DNA of 64,000 nucleotides from Alphaproteobacteria bacterium (GTDB taxonomy: Bacteria > Pseudomonadota > Alphaproteobacteria > Rs-D84): positions 1,517 through 65,516 of the forward strand of contig JAKSTC010000005.1 of NCBI GenBank assembly GCA_024402765.1. The letters are read 5' to 3'. Each line of letters opens with the position of its first letter. Position 1 is the first letter of the stretch. The notes below the pieces were generated by a model that saw nothing but the letters and a program-made list of their open reading frames with translations, ran no database searches and was not told where the DNA came from. Below, one piece after another: positions 27,092 to 38,451 of this stretch. The translations under genes were made by a program, and so were the position numbers.

Positions 27092-27295
27092 ATGCCAAAA
27101 TTAAAGACAAAGTCTTATATGAAGAAACGTGCATCTATGACCGCAACCGGCAAGGTTCGTGTCGCCAGAAATGCCCATCACAAATGTCTGTCGCATCATT
27201 CTAAACGTGCTAATAACGCTGGAACAAAGCCACAGTATTTAAATGAAAACATGGTGTCTCAGGCTAAAATCCTGGCCCCATATGGTTTGAAATAA
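27092..27295 (+). CDS. rpmI: 50S ribosomal protein L35
   Basis: MPKLKTKSYMKKRASMTATGKV... and its position before rplT. Confidence 0.9.
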   Translation: MPKLKTKSYMKKRASMTATGKVRVARNAHHKCLSHHSKRANNAGTKPQYLNENMVSQAKILAPYGLK

Positions 27296-27309
27296 TAAGG
27301 GGGTAAATT

Positions 27310-27675
27310 ATGGCAAGAGTTAAAAGAGGCACAACTGTTAAACAAAAACATAACAAAATATTGGCGCGCGCCAAGGGTTACCTGGGACGTCATCATTCAA
27401 CATATCGTGCTGCACGTGAAAAAACAGAAAAAGCGGGTCAGTATGCATATCGCGATAGACGCGTTAAAAAACGCGAATTTCGTGGTTTGTGGATTGTCCG
27501 TATCAATGCGGCAGTGCGTAACAATGGTTTGACATATAGCCAGTTTATGAACGGCCTTAAAAAGGCTGGCGTTAACTTGGACCGCAAGGTTTTGGCCCAG
27601 ATGGCATATGATAACGACGCTAATTTTGTTAAGTTGATTGATACAGCAAAACGATTTATCGCAGGTGATAAATAA
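27310..27675 (+). CDS. rplT: 50S ribosomal protein L20
   Basis: [24 protein letters not shown]...[22 protein letters not shown]. Confidence 0.95.
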   Translation: MARVKRGTTVKQKHNKILARAKGYLGRHHSTYRAAREKTEKAGQYAYRDRRVKKREFRGLWIVRINAAVRNNGLTYSQFMNGLKKAGVNLDRKVLAQMAYDNDANFVKLIDTAKRFIAGDK

Positions 27676-27754
27676 AACACTTGGCGGTTTCGTTTTGATT
27701 TGCAATAATAAAGCCGTCAAACCAGACGGCTTTATTTAATATTAAGGTAGAGAT

Positions 27755-28699
27755 ATGCAAGAACAGATAAAAAAAATAAACTCTTTGGAAGAACTGCAGG
27801 CGTTATATACTGCGACTTTCGGTAAAAATGGGACTATGACGGCGCGCCTGAAACAGATGGCGACATTAGACAACGATGCGCGTGTTGCGTTGAATAAAGA
27901 AAACACAACTTTGCGTGAATTGTTTAAAAATCGTCAGATGGAATTGGAAACAGCCGAATTAAACAAACGTCTTGCTTCTGAAAGTATTGATGTAACATTG
28001 GATGCAGAACCAGAAAACAATGGTTCAATTCATCCATTAACACATACACTAATGGAAATTACATCTATATTTGAATCGCTGGGTTTTGAGATATTCACAG
28101 GACCAGAGATTGAAGATGATTGGCATAACTTTACCGCATTAAATACCCCATCGTACCACCCTGCGCGTGATATGCAGGATACGTTCTTTTTTGAAAATGG
28201 TAATATGATGCGAACACAAACATCTGCAATACAGATTCGCGCTATGGAAGCCGTAGGCGCACCAATTAAAATGGTTGGTGTTGGTCCAACATATCGCAAG
28301 GAAATGGATGCAACGCATGGTCCAACTTTCCGTCAGGTTGAAGGACTGTATGTTGATAAAAACATAACTATGAAAGATTTGTTATCAACTGTTCATGCAT
28401 TTTTAGAAAAATTCTTTGAACGCGATATAGAAATGCGTATCCGTCCATCTTACTTTCCATTTACAGAACCATCAATTGAAATTGATATAAAATGGAATAA
28501 TGGTAAATGGTTGGAAATTGCAGGTGCCGGTATGGTGCATCCAAATGTGTTAAAAAACTGCAAGATTAATCCAGACGAATATCAGGGTTTTGCGTTCGGT
28601 TTTGGTATGGATAGGTTGGCAATGTTGAAATATAACCTGCCTGATTTGCGTGATTTATATAGTGGCGATATTCGTTGGTTAAAAAATACGGGATTTTAA
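27755..28699 (+). CDS. pheS: phenylalanine--tRNA ligase alpha subunit (short form, 314 aa)
   Basis: Class II motifs HPLT, YHPARDMQDTFF, FRQVEG, PSYFPFTEPS and GFAFGFGMDRL. Confidence 0.93.
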   Translation: MQEQIKKINSLEELQALYTATFGKNGTMTARLKQMATLDNDARVALNKENTTLRELFKNRQMELETAELNKRLASESIDVTLDAEPENNGSIHPLTHTLMEITSIFESLGFEIFTGPEIEDDWHNFTALNTPSYHPARDMQDTFFFENGNMMRTQTSAIQIRAMEAVGAPIKMVGVGPTYRKEMDATHGPTFRQVEGLYVDKNITMKDLLSTVHAFLEKFFERDIEMRIRPSYFPFTEPSIEIDIKWNNGKWLEIAGAGMVHPNVLKNCKINPDEYQGFAFGFGMDRLAMLKYNLPDLRDLYSGDIRWLKNTGF

Positions 28700-28726
28700 T
28701 AACGGGATTTTAATAAAGGATATAAA

Positions 28727-31036
28727 ATGAAATGGACTTATGATTGGTTGTGTGAATATTTATCTACATCGTTGTCCCCGCAAGAGATAGAGGCAACATT
28801 AAATCGTATTGGTCTGGAAGTGGAAGATTTTATATCGCCCCTGCCACCAATTGCGGCAAAGATTGTAGAATGCGTGCCACACGAAAATTCTGACCATCTG
28901 CATGTGTTAAAGGTTGATGATGGGTCGGGAACCTTGCGCCAGGTTGTATGTGGTGCGCCAAATGCGCGTGTGGGTTTGATTTCGGTTTTGGCGCGTCCCG
29001 GTTGCAGAATTGGCGACACGGTTATTCAATCTGGAAAATTACGCGGTGTCATGTCTGACGGCATGATGTGCAGTGAACGTGAACTGGGCCTGGGTGATGA
29101 CCATAACGGTATTATGGAATTGAATGCAAAAACAAATGTTGGGTCTGAGGTTAAAACACCAAACAATGCGGTGATTTTTGATACATCTATTACGCCAAAC
29201 CGTCCTGACTATTTATCTGTGCGTGGAATTGCGCTGGATTTATCTGCGGCGGGTGCGGGCAAATATATTACGAAAGAGATAAAACCATTAAAGGCGGTCA
29301 AAGGGGAACGCAAAGTCAATTTAATTGCAACCGACAAATGTCCAACATACAGTTTTTGTGAAATTCATGGCATAAAAAATGTTAAATCAAATGAAGTAAT
29401 TTCTGGGCGACTTTCTGCGGCGGGTATTAATCCGAAAAATGCTGCAATCGATACAACAAACTATATTTGTTATGATTTGGCACAACCAATGCATTGTTTT
29501 GATGCAGATAAATTGGTCGGCGATATAACTATTCGTACCGCAAAAAATTGTGAAAAGTTTACTGATTTATTCGGAAACGAACATGAATTATGCGATAAAG
29601 ATTTGGTAATTGCTGATGATGCGGGAATCCTGGCACTCGCAGGAATTGTTGGTGGTGCGCGCGCAATGACAACGGATGATACAACAAACATTGTTTTGGA
29701 ATCTGCATACTTTGAACCGGTTGGAATTCGCAAAACATCAAAACGTTTAGGGTTATCCACAGATTCTTCATACAGATATGAGCGCGGAATTGATCCAAAT
29801 GCGTATGCGCCCGCCCTATCATTTGCTGCACAAATTATAATGGATAGGTGTGGCGGTAAAATTGTAAATGTTTCTGTTGCAGGTCGTGAACATTTTGATG
29901 TAACCCCAATAAAATATACACCAGATACATTTGCAAAAAAAACAGGAATTGAACTGGACGCTAAAAAACAAATCGCTATATTAAAGGCCCTGCGTTTTGA
30001 TATTGATGATAGTAAAAAAAATTGGTTGGTTACACCGACATCTGCGCGTGTTGATATGGTGGCGGCGGAAAATGTTGTATCTGACTTACTCCGTATTTAT
30101 GGATACAATAATATGCCGATTGATGAACATATTTATAGCGCGCCGGCGAAACACAATGATTTGTATTTTTCGTTGAAACAGCATTTGGCAAACCGTGGTT
30201 TGAACGAAAATATATCGTTTGGTTTTGGTAATTCCAAGATTGAACAGTTGATAACTGATAAACCATTGGTCAAAGTTGCAAATCCAATTATTGTTGACCT
30301 GGATACAGCGCGCAATAATTTGTTGGGTAATTTGCTGATTGCGGTTGCAAACAATGTAAAGCGCGGTTTTTCTGATTTGAATATGTTTGAATTGGGTGTT
30401 GCTTTTGATGGCGACATGCCGGGGCAACAACATACCGAAATATGTATTGTGCGCACAGGTGTAACCGGCCCAAAGCATTGGATGGGTCGCAGCCACAATG
30501 TTGATGTCTTTGATGTTAAGGCTGACCTGATATCCCTGCTTGGCGCACAAAAATATACGATTGAAACGGAAAAAGCCCCACGTTGGGCGCACCCATATAA
30601 ATATGGACGCATTGTCCAGGGTAAAAAGGTAATTGCAGAATTTGGTGAATTGCATCCAACGGTTGCGCACACAATGCATTTCAAAATGCCGGTGGTAATT
30701 GGTATTGTGAATAATGTTGAAAATTTGCCAGAGAATCCCAAATTTAAAAAGATTCCAGTGACAGATTTTCAACCAATCACGCGCGACTTTGCATTTATCA
30801 CCGATAAAGATTTTGAATCCTCCAAAATAATTGCGACGGCAACAAGCGCTGATTCGCGTATAGATGACGCAACAATTTTTGATGCGTTTGATATGGGTGA
30901 TGGTAAAAAGTCTATTGCATTTACAATTACGATTTATCCGACAGAAAATATGTCAGATAGTGAATTGTTAAAAATTCAAGATTCTGTAATTGCAAATGTT
31001 GAAAAAAAGTGTCCCGCAAAAATTAGGGATAAATAA
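28727..31036 (+). CDS. pheT: phenylalanine--tRNA ligase beta subunit
   Basis: N-terminal tRNA-binding domain (HENSDHLHVLKVDDG...VCGAPN), B3/4 and B5 regions, and its position after pheS. Confidence 0.93.
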   Translation: MKWTYDWLCEYLSTSLSPQEIEATLNRIGLEVEDFISPLPPIAAKIVECVPHENSDHLHVLKVDDGSGTLRQVVCGAPNARVGLISVLARPGCRIGDTVIQSGKLRGVMSDGMMCSERELGLGDDHNGIMELNAKTNVGSEVKTPNNAVIFDTSITPNRPDYLSVRGIALDLSAAGAGKYITKEIKPLKAVKGERKVNLIATDKCPTYSFCEIHGIKNVKSNEVISGRLSAAGINPKNAAIDTTNYICYDLAQPMHCFDADKLVGDITIRTAKNCEKFTDLFGNEHELCDKDLVIADDAGILALAGIVGGARAMTTDDTTNIVLESAYFEPVGIRKTSKRLGLSTDSSYRYERGIDPNAYAPALSFAAQIIMDRCGGKIVNVSVAGREHFDVTPIKYTPDTFAKKTGIELDAKKQIAILKALRFDIDDSKKNWLVTPTSARVDMVAAENVVSDLLRIYGYNNMPIDEHIYSAPAKHNDLYFSLKQHLANRGLNENISFGFGNSKIEQLITDKPLVKVANPIIVDLDTARNNLLGNLLIAVANNVKRGFSDLNMFELGVAFDGDMPGQQHTEICIVRTGVTGPKHWMGRSHNVDVFDVKADLISLLGAQKYTIETEKAPRWAHPYKYGRIVQGKKVIAEFGELHPTVAHTMHFKMPVVIGIVNNVENLPENPKFKKIPVTDFQPITRDFAFITDKDFESSKIIATATSADSRIDDATIFDAFDMGDGKKSIAFTITIYPTENMSDSELLKIQDSVIANVEKKCPAKIRDK

Positions 31037-31047
31037 TAAAACCGGCG

Positions 31048-31713
31048 TTATGCCGGTTTTTTATCGTTCGCCCTGCACCATTTTGCAACGGGACAATTTT
31101 CGCATTTTGGGTTCCGCGCTGTGCATGTATAACGGCCATGCAAAACCATAACATGATTTACCATTTCATGATATTTTTGCGGAATAAGTTTCAATAATTT
31201 TTCTTCTACCTTTTCGGGGGTGTTGTCACTATTGTCCGCCCAACCAAAACGATGGGCCAGCCTGAATACATGCGTATCCACGCCGATATTAGACGCATCC
31301 CACAAAACATTAGACACAACATTTGCGGTTTTTTGCCCAATGCCAGGCAGTTTCATCAATTCATCACGATTGTGATATTTTGTCGGAAATTTCCAGTTTT
31401 TATTTTTGCATAGCCCACACAGTTTTTCAGATAATGCGATAATGTTTTTTGCCTTGTTATTAAAGAACGAAATAACACAAATATGTTTTTTTAGTTCGTC
31501 AATGCCTAACGACAACATTTCTTCTGGTGTGCTGGCGATTGCAAACAGTTTTGGGGTAACTTCGTTCACTTTTTTATCGGTTGCCTGGGCAGACAGTATC
31601 ACTGCCACCGTGAATGTAAATTCATTTGTATAATATAACTCTGACCGGATATCCATATTCAGTGTTTTTGGAACTTCCTTAAAATAAATATCCGGTGTCA
31701 GAGCGGTTTTCAT
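31048..31713 (-). CDS. nth: endonuclease III
   Basis: HhH-GPD LPGIGQKTANVV, DTHVFR and 4Fe-4S cluster loop CTARNPKCENCPVAKWC. Confidence 0.9.
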   Translation of the reverse strand: MKTALTPDIYFKEVPKTLNMDIRSELYYTNEFTFTVAVILSAQATDKKVNEVTPKLFAIASTPEEMLSLGIDELKKHICVISFFNNKAKNIIALSEKLCGLCKNKNWKFPTKYHNRDELMKLPGIGQKTANVVSNVLWDASNIGVDTHVFRLAHRFGWADNSDNTPEKVEEKLLKLIPQKYHEMVNHVMVLHGRYTCTARNPKCENCPVAKWCRANDKKPA

Positions 31714-34700
31714 TACAGTTTTTCAATGTTAATTGCGAATTTGTTGCCCTCAATTTCGGTTTCAAATTGTGTGGCATTGCCCATATTCATTTCCAAAACC
31801 AAAGCGTCAGACATTATTCGGTCGCGATATGTATTAATTGCATCCAGCAAATCACTGTCGGCAAAAACGGTTAATTTAATACGGTCGGACACGTCCAAGT
31901 TTGCCGCCTTGCGTGAATCTTGGATAAAGCGCAATGCATCGTTGGCGAGCCCTTCAACCACCAAATCATGTGTGATATTTGTGTCTATCATAACGACGGC
32001 GGTATTGTCGGGTAATGCTGCACCAGTAACACCCGATTTGATAGTCAGTCTTTGTTCAAATTCGTCAGGGTTTAATGTATAATCACCAACAACCAATTTG
32101 CCATTTTCAATAGAGTATTTGCCCTGCTTTACCATTGGGATAATATCTTTTAATGCACCACCTAAGCGCGCACCAATTTTTGGTGTAATTAAATACACAA
32201 AACCATCCGCAACCGATGAAATATCAGATATAAATTCAATCTGTTTCGCGTTTAGTTCATTTTGTAAAATCGTGCTATACGCATGAACATCTGCGCCTGC
32301 GATAGTTATTTTGTTTAATGGCAATCTATTGCGTAATTTATATTGTTCGCGTAATTGTTTACCGGTTGAAACAATCGCCTGAATTGTGCGCATATCGTTT
32401 ACAATCGCTTTATCGCTGCTTGCTGCCACAGGGAAAGATTGCAAGTGCACAGATTCACCCCCGGCCAAATTGCGGTATATATATTCAGATATAAATGGCG
32501 CAAACGGTGCAAGTAATTTTACAAATTCTGTGATAACGGTATACAAAACATCAAAAGCGGTTTGATCTTCGTCCCAGAATCTTTCGCGGTTCAGACGAAT
32601 GTACCAGTTGTTTAACACATCCAAGAAACGAACGAATTCTTTTACCGCAACATCAGGTTTATATTCGCTTAATGCATTTGTGGTTGTGGATACAACTTCG
32701 TTTAATTCTGATAAAATATATTTATCCAGTAAATTATCAGAATCGCGCACATCTTTTGCAGTAATTTTTCCAGCGTTTGCATACAGTGTAAAGAAATGAT
32801 ACGCGTTCCAAAGTGGTGTAAGTAATGTTTTTGTTGCCTCATTAAATACTTTACCTTCTTTATCAACACCAACAGGTTCTGCCTTCATAAAATTACTGCC
32901 CAGGATAAACAGACGAATTGCATCTGCACCATATTGTTCCAGTTGTTCAGTTGGATCAACATAGTTGTGTAGTGATTTTGAAAACTTGTGTTTGTTTTCA
33001 TCACAAATCATACCATTTGCGGAAACGACCTTGAATGCAGGTTTATCAAATAATGCAACCGACATAACCATCAACGCGTTAAACCAACCACGGGTTTGAT
33101 CTTGCCCCTCTATAATATAATCTGCGGGGAAAGTCTGTTCAAACTTGTCCTTGTTTTCAAATGGGTAATGCAGGGACGCAAATGGCATAGAACCACTTTC
33201 AACCCAGCAATCAAGCACATCACTAATTCTGTGCCAGCCGTCGCGCGACAATTTATCCAATGTAGGGCGATGTAAATCTTCTATCTTTGTGTCAAAGAAT
33301 TCTTCCATCTCTGCAATAGAACCAAATATTTTATATTTACCGTCCCGTTCCCAAATTGGTAATGGCACGCCCCAGAAACGATTGCGTGAAATTCCCCATG
33401 GTAATTCGTTTTTAATCCAATCCATAAAACGATTACCCGCCGAAGTCCATGTCGTTTCATTCGCAGTTATTTCAACCAAGCGATCGCGTATTTTTGGAAC
33501 ATCAATATACCATGCGTCTGTGGCACGATAGATTAATTTTTCGTGACTGCGTGGGCCAAATGGATAACTGTGTTTATGTTGGTCTTTTTTAACCAAGCGA
33601 CCATTTGATTTTAAATATTCTATGATTTTTGGATTTGCAACAAATATATTTTCGCCCGCCCAATCAGTAACAGTGTTATCAAAATTACCATAGTCATCAA
33701 CATTTAAAATTACTGGAAATTGTGCATTAACTGCCTTGGCTGCCAAATAGTCATCGTTACCGTATGCAGGCGCAATATGAACAATACCTGTTCCATCAGA
33801 ATCTGAAACATAGTCTGCCGGTATAACCTGGTATAGCAAGTCAGATGTATTTGCATAATAATTAAACAATGGACTATATTTTAATCCGACCAGTTTATCG
33901 CCAGTAATCGTTTCCAAAATTTCAGAATCTGCGAAAATTTTATCGTATGCTTTCAGGCGTGATTTTGCCAAAATATAAACATGACCGTCATTGTGTTTAA
34001 CGCGGACATATTCCATTGTTGGATTTACCGCCAACGCAGAATTCGCAGGTAATGTCCATGGTGTTGTTGTCCATGCAATTACACGATCGCCATTACTTAA
34101 TTCAAACCAAACAGTAACCGTATCATCAACAATATCCTGATATTCACTTGATGCTTCAGAATTAGATAAAACGGTTCCCAATTTCCAATCGTATGGATTA
34201 ACCTTAAAATCTTTATATAATAATCCCTTGTCGTGCAGAGTTTTTAATGCCCAAATCACAGATTCCATATAATTTTTATCCATTGTACGATAACCAAAAT
34301 TATCACCACCATCAACCCAACGCCCAATGCGTTCAAAATAACGTAACCATTCATTGGTATAGGTCAAAACATCATTTCTGCATAATTCACAAAAAGTATT
34401 TATACCGTCAGTCGCGACAATATTCTTCGCAGTTTTTCCTTGTTTTTTTTCAATGCTGTTTTCAGCCGGCAATCCATGGCAATCCCACCCTAGTTCGCGC
34501 ACAACATAATTTCCACGCATTGTTTGAAAACGCGAAACCATATCTTTGACCGCAGAAACACCCAAATGTCCCCAGTGTGGCAAATCGTTCGCAAACGGTG
34601 GCCCGTCATAGAACATAAATGGGTGACCCAACTTTGTTTTATTTAATGATTTATGAAATGTGTCATTTTCGCGCCAAAAATCAAGAACCTGGTGTTCCAG

Positions 34701-34742
34701 TTCTGGAAAATTTGGTTTTGCCTCTGTTTTGGTATAGGACAT
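31713..34742 (-). CDS. ileS: isoleucine--tRNA ligase
   Basis: HIGH-type PPFANDLPHWGH, KMSKS-type KFSKSL and CP1 editing domain. 1009 aa. Confidence 0.95.
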   Translation of the reverse strand: MSYTKTEAKPNFPELEHQVLDFWRENDTFHKSLNKTKLGHPFMFYDGPPFANDLPHWGHLGVSAVKDMVSRFQTMRGNYVVRELGWDCHGLPAENSIEKKQGKTAKNIVATDGINTFCELCRNDVLTYTNEWLRYFERIGRWVDGGDNFGYRTMDKNYMESVIWALKTLHDKGLLYKDFKVNPYDWKLGTVLSNSEASSEYQDIVDDTVTVWFELSNGDRVIAWTTTPWTLPANSALAVNPTMEYVRVKHNDGHVYILAKSRLKAYDKIFADSEILETITGDKLVGLKYSPLFNYYANTSDLLYQVIPADYVSDSDGTGIVHIAPAYGNDDYLAAKAVNAQFPVILNVDDYGNFDNTVTDWAGENIFVANPKIIEYLKSNGRLVKKDQHKHSYPFGPRSHEKLIYRATDAWYIDVPKIRDRLVEITANETTWTSAGNRFMDWIKNELPWGISRNRFWGVPLPIWERDGKYKIFGSIAEMEEFFDTKIEDLHRPTLDKLSRDGWHRISDVLDCWVESGSMPFASLHYPFENKDKFEQTFPADYIIEGQDQTRGWFNALMVMSVALFDKPAFKVVSANGMICDENKHKFSKSLHNYVDPTEQLEQYGADAIRLFILGSNFMKAEPVGVDKEGKVFNEATKTLLTPLWNAYHFFTLYANAGKITAKDVRDSDNLLDKYILSELNEVVSTTTNALSEYKPDVAVKEFVRFLDVLNNWYIRLNRERFWDEDQTAFDVLYTVITEFVKLLAPFAPFISEYIYRNLAGGESVHLQSFPVAASSDKAIVNDMRTIQAIVSTGKQLREQYKLRNRLPLNKITIAGADVHAYSTILQNELNAKQIEFISDISSVADGFVYLITPKIGARLGGALKDIIPMVKQGKYSIENGKLVVGDYTLNPDEFEQRLTIKSGVTGAALPDNTAVVMIDTNITHDLVVEGLANDALRFIQDSRKAANLDVSDRIKLTVFADSDLLDAINTYRDRIMSDALVLEMNMGNATQFETEIEGNKFAINIEKL

Positions 34743-34913
34743 ATTTTACTCCGTTTTCTTGTATTAAAAAAGGCGCCCATGCGCCCCAGCCACCGCCAAA
34801 GCGCAGTGAAACTACCTAATAATAATTATACTTTTGTTCATCATGTAATGAATTATATAGCTGTTTTATATAAAAATCAAATAAAAACAGGCATTATGCC
34901 TGTTTTTTTTGTT

Positions 34914-35309
34914 TTATAAAACATTACCAAAATTTTTATTTTGGATACACAAAAGCATTTTATCAAAAACGACTTGGTTATATACACCATTTTTTTGATG
35001 TTTTTTCGCCATTTTTAGAACTTCTTTTTCTGCGTTTTTCATATCTGTTTTCTTTAACGCCTTGGTATAGCGCAATTTATATTTTACTAAATCGCGTTTA
35101 AGCTTTTTCAATTTTTGCGTTTGTTCCGCATTTAACTTATTTGGTGATGTTTTTTCGACTTCATAAAAATGTTCAATGTCAAATTTTGCTTCTGCTGCCT
35201 TTTGCAACCAATGTAACGCAGGATTGGTATCAGAATCAAATTCAGGGTGTTTTTGCATCCCCATTGCAGAACGTAATTTTGCAATAGCATTTATAAAAGT
35301 GTTTGCCAT
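34914..35309 (-). CDS. hypothetical basic protein (131 aa)
   Basis: Intact ORF with a GGAG RBS. No motif recognised. Confidence 0.5.
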   Translation of the reverse strand: MANTFINAIAKLRSAMGMQKHPEFDSDTNPALHWLQKAAEAKFDIEHFYEVEKTSPNKLNAEQTQKLKKLKRDLVKYKLRYTKALKKTDMKNAEKEVLKMAKKHQKNGVYNQVVFDKMLLCIQNKNFGNVL

Positions 35310-35380
35310 AGAAAAACTCCTTGTTAGTTGTGTTAATTATAGCATAAAAAACAAAGAAAAACAACTTTTTAACAGATTTG

Positions 35381-35456
35381 TGGTGCCGGAGATGTGACTC
35401 GGACACACGACCCCCTCATTACGAATGAGATGCTCTACCAGCTGAGCTACTCCGGC
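35381..35456 (-). tRNA. tRNA-Thr (anticodon CGT)
   Basis: Reverse complement GCCGGAGTAGCTCAGCTGGTAGAGCATCTCATTCGTAATGAGGGGGTCGTGTGTCCGAGTCACATCTCCGGCACCA folds as a cloverleaf. The anticodon loop is TTCGTAA and CCA is encoded. Confidence 0.85.
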
Positions 35457-35495
35457 AACAGACGCATATTAATATATCTTTTTGTTTATTTCCAC

Positions 35496-37154
35496 TTATT
35501 TTTTAGCGGGTTTTGAACATTTGATTTTACGCAAAACAACCGTTATACCAGCAGGGGTCATACCCGGTATACGGGATAAGTCTGCGATATTTTCTGGTCT
35601 GGTTTTTGTTAATTTTTCAACCAATTCGTTGGTTAACCCTGATAAAGATTTATAATCAAAATCGTATGGAATTTTTAGTTCTGCATCGCGTCTGTATGCA
35701 GCAATTTCGCGTTCGTTGCGTGAAATATAACCAGCGTAAAATTTGTCGTTTTCGTGTGCGATTTTATCAAATTTATTTGCGATTTTATTATACCAATCGG
35801 TGTCTATTAAATTTAATTCTTGTGCCATATCGCCCAAGCGGAATATAGCATTATCAGCACGCAGGTTCAGACGATATTCTGCACGTGATGTAAACATACG
35901 ATAGGGTTCGTCCACGCCCAGTGTTGTAATATCGTCAATTAAAACACCAATCATTGAATTTGTTCGGTCCAGATTAAGTGTTTTTGTCCCCATTGCACGC
36001 GCGGCAGCATTTGCACCGGCAACCAATCCTTGGGCGGCGGCCTCTTCGTATCCAGATGTTCCATTAATTTGCCCCGCGAAAAATAAACCAGATATATCTT
36101 TACTTTCCAATGTTTCGGATAGATTGCGCGCATCAATTGCATCGTATTCAATTGCATAACCATAGCGGGCAATATGCGCATTTTCCAACCCTGGGATTGT
36201 GCGAATCCATTTGTCCTGAATGTCAGCCCCAAAACTGGTCGATATACCGTTTGGATAAATCAGTTCGCTGTTTAACCCTTCGGGTTCTAAAAACACATGG
36301 TGCGAAGTATGTTCTGGAAAACGCATAATCTTATCTTCGAGTGATGGACAATATCGCGGACCAATACCCTCAATATCACCATTATACATTGGGGCATGTG
36401 CAATATTATCACGAATGATTTTATGGGTAGCCTCTGTTGTGTGTGTGATAAAGCACTTTTCATTATAATTTATATCTGAACCCAATGTGAACCAATCATG
36501 TGGATTATCGCCGGGTTGCTCTTCGCATACACTAAAGTCAATAGAATCACGATAAATGCGCGATGGTGTTCCGGTCTTTAATCTTAATAATTCAAACCCA
36601 TTTGCACGCAGAACAGATGAGATATAAGAATCATTTTCTTGATAGTTTCCATCGTCCATCAAACGGCCAGAATCAATTTTTTCAGCCCCGCGCGTAACAA
36701 GTCCCCCCAAAAAAGTTCCGGTCGTTAATACGATTGCGTGCGCGCTATACACATTGTTTACAGTCTTTTTTTGCAAATCTAGTTGAATTACTTTTTCAAA
36801 ACGAACCGTTAGGTTTGGTGTAGTATTCAAAATTTCCATAACCGCATTGTGATATAAATTTCTATCTATCTGGGCGCGCAGTGCCTGGGTCGCGGCGCCA
36901 TGTGACGCGTTAAGTGTGCGCCAATGAATGCCGCTTTTGTCTGCAGCGCGTGGCATAACACCACCAAAGGCGCACATTTCTGCAACCATTTGCGATTTAC
37001 CAGGTCCCCCAATAGACGGGTTACACGACATTGCACCAATATCGCTTTCGCGCATAGTTAACAAAAGTGTTTTTGCACCACGACGGGCGGATGCCGCTGC
37101 GGCCTCAACGCCGGCATGTCCACCCCCAATAACAATTACATCATATTCTTGCAT
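35496..37154 (-). CDS. mnmG: tRNA uridine 5-carboxymethylaminomethyl modification enzyme MnmG (GidA), short form of 552 aa
   Basis: [27 protein letters not shown] and [19 protein letters not shown]. Confidence 0.93.
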   Translation of the reverse strand: MQEYDVIVIGGGHAGVEAAAASARRGAKTLLLTMRESDIGAMSCNPSIGGPGKSQMVAEMCAFGGVMPRAADKSGIHWRTLNASHGAATQALRAQIDRNLYHNAVMEILNTTPNLTVRFEKVIQLDLQKKTVNNVYSAHAIVLTTGTFLGGLVTRGAEKIDSGRLMDDGNYQENDSYISSVLRANGFELLRLKTGTPSRIYRDSIDFSVCEEQPGDNPHDWFTLGSDINYNEKCFITHTTEATHKIIRDNIAHAPMYNGDIEGIGPRYCPSLEDKIMRFPEHTSHHVFLEPEGLNSELIYPNGISTSFGADIQDKWIRTIPGLENAHIARYGYAIEYDAIDARNLSETLESKDISGLFFAGQINGTSGYEEAAAQGLVAGANAAARAMGTKTLNLDRTNSMIGVLIDDITTLGVDEPYRMFTSRAEYRLNLRADNAIFRLGDMAQELNLIDTDWYNKIANKFDKIAHENDKFYAGYISRNEREIAAYRRDAELKIPYDFDYKSLSGLTNELVEKLTKTRPENIADLSRIPGMTPAGITVVLRKIKCSKPAKK

Positions 37155-37157
37155 TTT

Positions 37158-37718
37158 TTAATTTTCTTTTATGTTTGCGTAAACTGCTACATCCCCATAG
37201 GTGTCTGTAGCAGGATAATATTCTGATTGTTTGGCAATTCCTTCACAGACAAAACCGCATCTTTCGGCAACATGGCGAGAATTAGTATTAGTAATATCTG
37301 CTTTTATCACGATGCGTTTGGCACCCCTATCAAAAAATTCTTTCGTAACAGCATTTACGGCTTCAGCCATAAAACCTTGTTTTGCATGTTTAGGGTTTAA
37401 CCAATAACCAATTTCGCAACTGGAATTGGAAAAATTTAAATTCATAACAGAACAACAACCAACATATTCATTTGTGCCTTTTAGATACAAGCCGTATGTT
37501 GCTGCTTTATTATCTTTCCATTTTGCTGCAGCATCCTGTAAGAATTCGTATTCTTGTTCAGGTGTTTTTATGTTCGACCATGGCATATATTTAAAAAAAT
37601 CACGATTGCTAGAAATTAAATTAAATAAATAATTCGCTAATTCAAAAGATGGTTCCAAACAAATAGGATGCAGATCAAGTCGTTCTGTTTTTAATTCATT
37701 AAATTCTTGTTTTTTCAT
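37158..37718 (-). CDS. GNAT family N-acetyltransferase (RimJ/RimL-like)
   Basis: The pattern typical of RimJ-like GNATs: EIGYWL..KHAKQGFMAEAV.AV..F......KRI...D..N..S..V.E.CGF..EG. Confidence 0.8.
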   Translation of the reverse strand: MKKQEFNELKTERLDLHPICLEPSFELANYLFNLISSNRDFFKYMPWSNIKTPEQEYEFLQDAAAKWKDNKAATYGLYLKGTNEYVGCCSVMNLNFSNSSCEIGYWLNPKHAKQGFMAEAVNAVTKEFFDRGAKRIVIKADITNTNSRHVAERCGFVCEGIAKQSEYYPATDTYGDVAVYANIKEN

Positions 37719-37721
37719 GGC

Positions 37722-38450
37722 TTAAAACCTCCCCATTCCGCCGTTTACATGAATTGTTTGTCCGTTGATATACGATGCCTCATCTGACGCCAAAAACACA
37801 CATACGTTTGCAATGTCGTCCGGGGTTCCAAAGCGACCCGCTGGGATTTGTGCCAAATAAGTTTTCTTTAATTCATCAGGCAAAACATCCGTCATTGGTG
37901 TTTGTATAAAGCCTGGGGCAATCGCATTTGCGGTGATGCCACGGGATGCAACCTCTGCTGCTATGGATTTTGTCATCGCGATTAGACCACCCTTAGACGC
38001 GGCATAGTTTGCCTGGCCGGCACCACCAATTGTTCCAATGATAGATGCCATATTTATAATACGACCAAAACGTTGTTTCATCATCGGCATAATTGCGGCA
38101 CGGCAAGTCTTAAACGCTGCACGCAAATTAGTATTTATAACATTATCAAATTGCTCATCACTCATACGCATTAATAATGTATCCGCAGTGATTCCGGCAT
38201 TGTTTATTAATACATCAATTTTTCCAGCGCATTCAATTGTGTCGGCAATTAATTTTTCAGCCGCGCCATCAAGAGACAAATCAGATTGAATTTTTATATA
38301 CGAATCATCAAATTCAGAATTTAATTTGCTTTCGTTACGACCCGATACAACAACGGTTGCGCCCGCCTGTTTCATCTGTCTTGCGATTGCACCCCCAATA
38401 CCACCTGTTGCGCCAGTAATAAGAACAACTTTATCATTTAATTCAAACAT
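37722..38450 (-). CDS. fabG: 3-oxoacyl-ACP reductase
   Basis: SDR motifs TGATGGIG, NNAG and YAASKGG. Located next to fabD. Confidence 0.9.
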   Translation of the reverse strand: MFELNDKVVLITGATGGIGGAIARQMKQAGATVVVSGRNESKLNSEFDDSYIKIQSDLSLDGAAEKLIADTIECAGKIDVLINNAGITADTLLMRMSDEQFDNVINTNLRAAFKTCRAAIMPMMKQRFGRIINMASIIGTIGGAGQANYAASKGGLIAMTKSIAAEVASRGITANAIAPGFIQTPMTDVLPDELKKTYLAQIPAGRFGTPDDIANVCVFLASDEASYINGQTIHVNGGMGRF

Positions 38451-38451
38451 T

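Noticed and set aside
30086-30772. 228-aa and 202-aa minus-strand ORFs inside pheT
   Set aside because: They are antisense to a well-supported pheT reading frame and have low-complexity composition. They are artefacts typical of open antisense frames.
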